From NCBI GenBank assembly GCA_000091205.1, contig AP006495.2: 64,000 bases of DNA; one strand, given 5' to 3'. Source of the stretch: Cyanidioschyzon merolae. Taxonomy: Eukaryota. The stretch's first letter is position 1; each line of letters begins with the position of its first letter. The notes beneath the pieces are model-generated. The model searched no databases, was not told the origin of the DNA, and worked only from the letters and a program-made list of their open reading frames with translations. This document shows, one piece after another, positions 56,829 through 64,000 of the stretch. The translations under genes were made by a program, and so were the position numbers.

Positions 56829-59800
56829 AGGAATCTGCTTACTGAATGCAGGCGAGAACAGGAGCCGCCTTTCTCTCTGCATCCAGCATAGACGATGTTT
56901 GGGGTACATTTCGGGTAGCGGATCGTGCTTGGAACCAAATTGAATCGAAGAGTTCACCAGGAGCGGTGTGCGTTTTTTGCGGTGCAGTATCGAACTCCAC
57001 AACCTGGTATACACTTGTCAAGCGCGATGCGAAGCCGGTCTTGGCGAAGCGTATTGTTCGAGCCTCCCGAGACTTGCTCGCATTCATGGGAATATGTGGC
57101 GGCGCTTGTCGCTCGATACTATCGACGTGTAGCGAAGGACTCGTGTCGGGAATGCTCGCTCGTCGTGTACGATCAGACGACGGTACGCTTTGCGGCAGCC
57201 GACACGCTCTGAAGCTCGATCGCCTCCCGGGTTTGTCGGAGGACCTCGCATGGATGCTCTAGTGCCTGGTTTCTGCTCTTCTCCTCAAAGCAGTGAATTC
57301 TGGAACAGCAGTGCCAATGCACCCGTTTTAGTTTGTTTGTTTTCTCCCAGGTATTCAACAACAGGCATGCCTCCTGCAGAACAGAAATAGGTTCCGGGAA
57401 AAAGTTGTCCTGTCACCGCTCGGTGGAGAGAAAAATGACCGTACTTGTGCTAGTCAGGGATTCACTGGTCACCCGCTTGATGAACCAGCCTTCTCCCTGT
57501 ATGTATCCAGTGCGCATCGCACACCCAAAATAGAGCTTATCCAAGTGTATACCCAGCTGTATCTTCGTCAATTTGATCCCTTCCTTCCGTTCTCGAACAA
57601 GTGCTTTCAATGAAGCTAGGGGATGCGGAGCTTCTGTACCGTTTATGTGGACGGCAATGAAGACACCGGGTGGACGATGAAGAAAGCGCGCTTCCATGGC
57701 AGAGTGTCAAGCATCGAACAACACACACCGTGGATTCGGCACGGCAACGCGAATGCTTTATGCAGTAATGACGGATGTCGGTTTCAGTCGATGAGACTAC
57801 ATTTTGGAGAAATGTTAGACCGGCACATCGGCACCAAAAGAAACGCACACCGGTGTTCATAAACATGTCGCGAGCGAGCATGGAGGCCCTGTCTGCCCTA
57901 ACGGCAATATGATCGTATGCTTGCCACCAAGTCACGAAAACGGATACGATCGTTCAGCATCGCGTGTTTTGTCGAGACACTGTGCACGGCTTCTCTATCC
58001 TACATTCTTGTGCACTGTTACTTGGCGACGTCGCTTTCCACCTCTCAAAAGCAGTCGAGGAGTACACAGCTGAGACTCTTGTTGAGCTCCTCTTCGTGCA
58101 TGCCTATTCTTCCTGATTCAATCCCTTGAAGGCGTCTTCTCCGTTGTCAAACGCCATTTTTTCGTCGCCAGATCAAAAGAAGCGCCGTTCGCGTCCGCAA
58201 GGCCATGTTTCTACATGTCGTTCTCAGCGGTCGCCAGGCCTGAATGGCTCTGTCGCGTCTCTGGGCGTTCGTGGGAAGGTGCGAAAAGGTGCATTTCGAT
58301 TCGTGGGCATGCTCGCGACGAATATGGCGGGAAGGTGCTTGAAGAATGGTAAATACATGCACAGAAAGGGTGAGCTTCAATGCCATTCTCCACCCAGTGC
58401 GTTTGAATCCAAACGAATACAAACGCCTATGGAGTCAAGCGACCACATCCATATCATACCGCCAAAAAGGTAGAAGCAGGTTGGTCAAACGGACAAAGAG
58501 AAGAAAGAATCTTCCGAAAAGAGGACGAAGAGCGATGCGAAGAGACACGTTTCGGACGGGAGAGATCAGGCAGAACCTGTTGACAAGACCTTCCTATTAA
58601 ACTACATCAACGGGAAGCATCTACGAATATGTGGAATGCAGGATGCTGCCAAAGATAGCGAAGCTTCTCACTCGAGAAAGACTCGTCTAGCGTCTCTCGC
58701 TTTGATGTACCTTGTCAAGCACCTGCACGTATGCGTTCCGAACGCGGGGCTGTAAGCTGTAAAAATTTCTCTGGAAATTTTATGAACAATTCTTCATGCG
58801 AAAACACAAGTGGGTTTCAGGCCTCAAGAAGCAGTTCGGTCTGAATATTCCATGACCCGGTATTATACGGGGCCGTGTACCACGGACGCCAGCATAAAAA
58901 ACCAACAAGTGGCACGAGGGCGTCTGGACCAGTGCTCGAAGCCACGAGCACCGTACTGAGCAGAGGGCTTGCGTCGTATGCTTCATCCAGCGAGCACACG
59001 AGCGTCCAAATGACTCATGCGAACTATCTTTGCCTGGAGTGCGTGAGACTGCGTTGGAGTCGCAAATCGTTTCGGTTGTACGCAGCCGAGAGGCGTGCAA
59101 TAACCAACTTCTAGAGTGCAATAAAAACGGCAGTGACCGGACACTCGTCTTGATTGGCGGTGCTGCATCCCGGCGCTCGACGTACCGTCATGTGCAGAGG
59201 GTGCAGCTCTACTCCCGCGACGAAAGCTTGCAACGAGTGCAGGAATCGATTCTGTACGGTTCCCATCGATGCATTCGGGACGACGTATACGCATCACAGG
59301 CACAGCTGCTCGCTGGAAAAGTAGGAGAATACGAGCGTGAAATAGAGTCGGATGCACTGGATGGTGTTCGGGATGCAGCCCGAACGTCAGATGGCGAGGC
59401 AGTCATAGCTGAAAAGCATTCCATGGTGTGATTGCACCAGCAGCAGAGCGCATAGGCGCGCCCTGTACCGCGATCTCAGAGCCTTGATCAACATTCGGAA
59501 ATGTCTCATGCTGTCTGAGCGTCGAGCGGCTTGGTGTCGAGCGAACTTTCGAGCGGATGACTGAGTCCTCGGCGTTGACCTTCAGTTGAAACGCTGAAGA
59601 CATTTGACGAAAAAACAGAGAGCTATCTGTTACGACTAACTTCTCGCCTGGGCCAAGACACTGGTAGAGAGCGGTTCAGGAATTCAACAAGACTGAAGCG
59701 CCGGTTATAAACACCAAGAATGATTTTCCCGGTCAAATCTTCACTGATAATCGTATTCCATGGTTCAATATTTCTGAGCATATGCTGCTGTCGTGGCGAC

Positions 59801-60369
59801 GCGGATGCGGAATTCAGAACGATTGCTCGAAATATGACCAGCTGCAGCGGCGATGCAAGTTTATGACCGAGCCAGCCCTGCAACCGCTCTGCTCAGTACC
59901 CTGCTATTGTACAAGCCGTGGTGCAATGGCGCCGAGTTATAAGTGCAACGAGAACGAAACGACTTGGCTCTTGCGCGTTGCGCCCTCAGGCCGAGTAACG
60001 GAGTCCTTTTTTGTGCCAGAAATAATGACGCCTACGAATTTCGCGAAAACAGACCGACTGCTGTAGTTTCAGAGGACGGTCACCAGGGGTTTCGATACGC
60101 CAGAAACCGCTCGGTTGGAAGCGCGCTCCAAACGGAATTGGATGTAAAGGATCAGTGTCTGGGGCCAGCAAACCTCTCACACTGCGTACGCTGCAGGCTT
60201 CTCCAAGTCGCTACACTTTCTGCGGTTATCGGTTGGATCAGTCCGAAAGTAACCCCGAATATCTCTGTTCTCTGAAATCATTATCGCCACTGCCAGTCCT
60301 TCTTCCTAGATACAAATCCTAGGCGAAGCGTGCGCACTCCTATTCATACATTCGACACGGAAAGCGAGG

Positions 60370-63075
60370 TCATGACGTGAAAACCTCACCAACAAAGGGC
60401 GCCGCAAATGCCATCCATCCGTGCAGATGCGCTGCCAGCAACGCTTCCCGCTGGGCAGCCGAGAGCACCATCGCAAACTCATCCAGATATCGTTCGAAAT
60501 CGGCAGCATCTCCCGCCTTAAATGTCGACTCGAGGTAACGTTGAAACAAGTGCTCCTTCTGATCGCTTCGGAGACGGAAATGGTGCAGGAAGAGCTTGAC
60601 CACACTACGGGCCGTCGCCTGCGCATGCGATGACGCCCTGGATGCTGCGGCCCAAGTCAGACTCAGAGCAGCACTGGGACGCCCCCACAAGTCCTCCGCT
60701 GTAAAATCGTGCAACATCGTCGTATGATTCGGTTTCCGCAGCACCATACGAAGACGACGGATTGGACGTGGCCGGTACCAAGAGCTGGGGCATTCCGCTT
60801 GTAGGCGCTCAACGCTTACGACGTCTCCATGGACGCCTCCGATTTCAATTCGTAGCGCTAGATGTGGAACCTCAAGGGTGTTCTGTCGACCGGTTACTAT
60901 GGTTACTTTCAAAATCGCTTCGTTATTTGTTCGAATCAAGCGCAGTACGATTGCACCCTCACCTAGAAAGACATTCAGGCTAGACAACTCGCCAAAGCGG
61001 CGAAAACAAGTATCCGTCGGCAATGCTGTATTCCATACTGCGGAATCGTCGAGCGCTATGCCATCCAGGTCCGTGCAGGGATGCATCGTCGCAATGCCCT
61101 CATCCCAAGCAATCCATTGCCGATGTGGAGGTAGACACACGCTAACGGAGCTGAGTTGCGTGGATGCTTCGCGAGGGCTCAAGAAAGGAGCCACAATGAC
61201 CGTGTTGCCCCCGAGGTAATACTGGTTGGTCCAGCTGTCAAAAGCAGGTGGTGTCCAGCTCCGGCGCTCTGGTGCTTCGCTCCAGGAGAAATGATACATG
61301 GGTGCACAAATTGGGATATGCGCTGGAATCGATGCGAAAAACAGAGCAAGCGAAGCGCGCAGACTCAGAATCTTTCGAGCAATAGCCTCGATTTCGAAAG
61401 AGCCGAATGCCCAGGGCGTTCGACTCATGAATGGATTCTTGCTGCAATGCAGGCGCAAGATCGGCGAAAAACAGCCCCACTGAAGCCAGCGCACGTAAAG
61501 CTCGGGATCCTCGTAGCCTCCGTAGTGGCCACCAATGTCGTGCGACCAGTAGTAGAACCCCACGTTTGCCGCCATAGCGGTGAACGCCGGTTGCATCGCT
61601 AGAGAATCCCATGTTGCCAGGGTATCCCCTGAGAATCCCACGGGATAGCGATGTCCACCAAGACCTGGCCATCGCGACAGGATTACCGGCAGGAGACGTC
61701 CGTTGCGGGAGCCGTTCGCGGCCCAGAGGTAGTGGTAGTGGTTCAGCAGGGGCATCGGATCGAACCCGTCCCTCTTGGAGACGCCTTGTTGCCAATCAAC
61801 CCACCAGAAATCGACACCGTGTTTGATCATTCGCATTTCATTCGCAGCAATCTGATTCTCCAACGCGTTCAGGACGACGCTAAAGTATGCCTGACGAAAA
61901 CGGCAATCCATGATGTGGAATGGAATGTGTTCGGTTTCATTGTGCTCGGGGTATGCGAGTGCTCGAGCCTGCAGGAACATATCCTCATTTGGAGCAATCC
62001 CGTCTGCGGGGTGCAAGTTCAGCGCTACCCGCACCGGACACGGTCTGCTGTGCAACCATGCCATCAGGGCCTCTGGATCCGGAAACAAAGCTCGATTCCA
62101 GCTAAATCCGGTCCATTGATCTGGCTGATGCCAGTCCATATCGATAACGAAGATGGACAAGTCTACTGCCGGTAGGCGACATGGCTGCGAGGCGTTCGCC
62201 TGGCCTCGGTGCGGCGCGCTTTCGGGTTCCGATCTGTTTTCAAAGCGAAGGACAAGGTCCATAATATCCTGCTGACGATAGGGCCAGTAGCGACAAAACC
62301 ACACACCGAAAACCTCTAAGGGTGGCTTTGGGGGTGCCCCTATATATGGAAAGAGGTACTTGCGGAGAATTTCCGGGAAGCTCTGTTCGGGCCCTTTTGG
62401 ACTGTGCTCAAACAGTACTAGGTCCAGGTGATCGTGTGATCCACCGAAAAAAGCCGCTCGTGTGACAAACCCCTGCTCGTCGAGGGGATCGCTCCAGTTT
62501 TTGCCCGTGAATACCAACGAGTTACTATCATTGATGATCGCAAGTCCGTCGGCACTAAAAAATCCCTCTCCGATACCGTTTTGACGAATATCGACGAGCT
62601 TTCGGATGTGGTACCAACCATCGCATTCATCGAGCGTTTGAATCGTTCCGCCCTGATTCTGTGGGTCCCGTACTGTACGGTATTTCATCCGAGGTGGATC
62701 ATTTTTCGACGCTGCTGCGGTTTCGGCTGCATCCGCAACGCCCGAGTCGACGTATTCTAGGACTGTTTTGCGGCACTGCTGCGTCATCGCCAGCAGGTTA
62801 CCGCTCCTTGTGTCCAGGCAAAGTCGAAGTTGATGGCTCTCCGCCAGTACAATGAGATCGTCCTTTGCATGCCGCTCTGAACCGAGAGCGCTTTCCGTAA
62901 TGTCTGGTGCGGTTCCCAGGGCGCCGCTCCGCCCTATCGTGTAGATGCGGGGCTCAGACCTGGTAGCACGAGAGATGAAGGCAAACGATGGGCTATCGAG
63001 GAACCGGCCCCGTTCGTTGTACTCTACGCGCAAGAGTCGCTCGTTGAGCACCGTTATCCGACAGTTTCCCTCCAT
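60370..63075 (-). CDS. Glycoside hydrolase family 31 protein (alpha-glucosidase/alpha-xylosidase type)
   Basis: GH31 hallmarks include WVDWQQG (resembling WIDMNE) and the YWSHDIGGH catalytic-region motif. Size and layout fit a GH31 N-beta-sandwich, TIM barrel and C-terminal domains. The track start at 63135 is TTG, and the ATG at 63075 gives MEGNCRITVLNERLL. Confidence 0.8.
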   Translation of the reverse strand: MEGNCRITVLNERLLRVEYNERGRFLDSPSFAFISRATRSEPRIYTIGRSGALGTAPDITESALGSERHAKDDLIVLAESHQLRLCLDTRSGNLLAMTQQCRKTVLEYVDSGVADAAETAAASKNDPPRMKYRTVRDPQNQGGTIQTLDECDGWYHIRKLVDIRQNGIGEGFFSADGLAIINDSNSLVFTGKNWSDPLDEQGFVTRAAFFGGSHDHLDLVLFEHSPKGPEQSFPEILRKYLFPYIGAPPKPPLEVFGVWFCRYWPYRQQDIMDLVLRFENRSEPESAPHRGQANASQPCRLPAVDLSIFVIDMDWHQPDQWTGFSWNRALFPDPEALMAWLHSRPCPVRVALNLHPADGIAPNEDMFLQARALAYPEHNETEHIPFHIMDCRFRQAYFSVVLNALENQIAANEMRMIKHGVDFWWVDWQQGVSKRDGFDPMPLLNHYHYLWAANGSRNGRLLPVILSRWPGLGGHRYPVGFSGDTLATWDSLAMQPAFTAMAANVGFYYWSHDIGGHYGGYEDPELYVRWLQWGCFSPILRLHCSKNPFMSRTPWAFGSFEIEAIARKILSLRASLALFFASIPAHIPICAPMYHFSWSEAPERRSWTPPAFDSWTNQYYLGGNTVIVAPFLSPREASTQLSSVSVCLPPHRQWIAWDEGIATMHPCTDLDGIALDDSAVWNTALPTDTCFRRFGELSSLNVFLGEGAIVLRLIRTNNEAILKVTIVTGRQNTLEVPHLALRIEIGGVHGDVVSVERLQAECPSSWYRPRPIRRLRMVLRKPNHTTMLHDFTAEDLWGRPSAALSLTWAAASRASSHAQATARSVVKLFLHHFRLRSDQKEHLFQRYLESTFKAGDAADFERYLDEFAMVLSAAQREALLAAHLHGWMAFAAPFVGEVFTS

Positions 63076-64000
63076 ATTCCCGATTGATCGATCATCAACA
63101 CAAGTGTTGCTGTTCGTTGTGTCTCTTTGCAGCAAGCGGGTGCGCAGGGCGCCTCTGGGAAAAACGCTCTAGCTAGATCCAGTACGCCGCTGCTTTCGCT
63201 CACCTACACGAACACCGTATTCTGTCTCAAGTAAAAGGCCCCGTCTCGCCTTCAGGCTGCCCAGACTGTAAGTACTAGCTGCAGCGGTGCAACAAAAGCA
63301 CTGTGCCGCTTGGAGTCCGGCAGACTGTCTCGACCAGCCGGCTCCAGAAGCACCGCAGTACCAGCGACAGCGCTTGCGAAGCGAACGAACGCGAGCGAAA
63401 CTGAGAACCTCCCCTGCGAATGCCCAGGGGTTACGCACTTATTCTAAACACCGAACCAACTTGTCTCTCCGGCGTCAAATCTGTTCGTAGCACAATGCTC
63501 AACATAAAAGCTTCGCCTTTTGCGGTAGACCTATGGATGCATACAGTGGAACGTGTTCCTTGATCGAAGCGGGGGTATGCAAGCCAAAATTTGTGACTGC
63601 TCCCTTGGGTTTTCTATGTTCTCCTACTGTCAACGTGTCGATCTCTCGTTTCCCTCTTGCTCCGTATTCAACAGCCTAATGATGTTGATAGCAGTGTTAG
63701 AGATCTGATTGCGCTGTCTCGGGCTATTACCGACGCAGTTCCTGTAGAAAGAGAAGTTGCGATAAACGCTTCGGTAGCCATTTGCCATCTTCTTTGAAGA
63801 CAGCCTTGATGCGCCCATCGCAGCGGTGACACTAGGCTGTAGTCATATGTTGCCGTCTGTTCAACATGGTCCATCCTACGAAGGCATCCCTGTGGCGAGT
63901 GAATGCTCGCTTCCTCGCTCGGTACATGCCCTCTACGTATACAGAAGGTTAACCTCAATGCCTTCTTCCGTTTCCAATCCCGGGGCCGTACACTGCGCCC

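Noticed and set aside
1-64000. Prokaryotic interpretation (operons, defence islands, sigma-70 promoters, rho-independent terminators)
   Set aside because: The gene content is unmistakably eukaryotic: ESCRT-II Vps25, SDS22, TIP41, EBP1, Mic19, a 2700-aa homomeric ACC and an SLC33A1 transporter. The genes alternate strands singly. I therefore did not call bacterial promoters or terminators, and there are no defence-system genes.

Overview
This 64-kb window reads as eukaryotic nuclear DNA, not prokaryotic. It is GC-rich by eye and carries about 20 protein-coding genes alternating between both strands. Nearly all are single uninterrupted ORFs (intron-poor), and several conserved proteins carry low-complexity insertions (poly-T/Q, NTNANT, DADADA). 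The recognisable genes are housekeeping: a giant homomeric acetyl-CoA carboxylase (ACC), HMG-CoA synthase, a plant-type 6-phosphofructokinase, the SDS22 PP1 regulator, the acetyl-CoA transporter AT-1 (SLC33A1 family), ESCRT-II subunit Vps25, TIP41, the EBP1/PA2G4 homologue, Mic19, organellar bL17, a bacterial-type RlmI rRNA methyltransferase, an EgtD-family methyltransferase, a GH31 glycosidase and a Clp1/Grc3 kinase that is cut by the left window edge. The supplied ORF track was computed with bacterial start codons; I checked that several track 'M' starts are TTG or GTG, and moved those to the first in-frame ATG. There is no CRISPR array, rRNA, convincing tRNA or prokaryotic operon/defence architecture. 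The most interesting non-genic structures are: (i) a 71-bp minisatellite of about 13.6 copies with a 3-unit higher-order pattern, directly upstream of ACC; (ii) a dispersed ~290-bp repeat family with three same-orientation copies, two of which bracket a 3.8-kb block holding an AT-richer frameshifted coding remnant and a NUMOD3-like repeat ORF, which makes it a candidate mobile element; (iii) three acetyl-CoA-handling genes (AT-1, ACC, HMGCS) in a row. The organism cannot be named from sequence alone. The gene content (plant-type PFK, mevalonate pathway, an LdpA-like Fe-S protein, bacterial-type organellar proteins) suggests an intron-poor protist rather than an animal or fungus.
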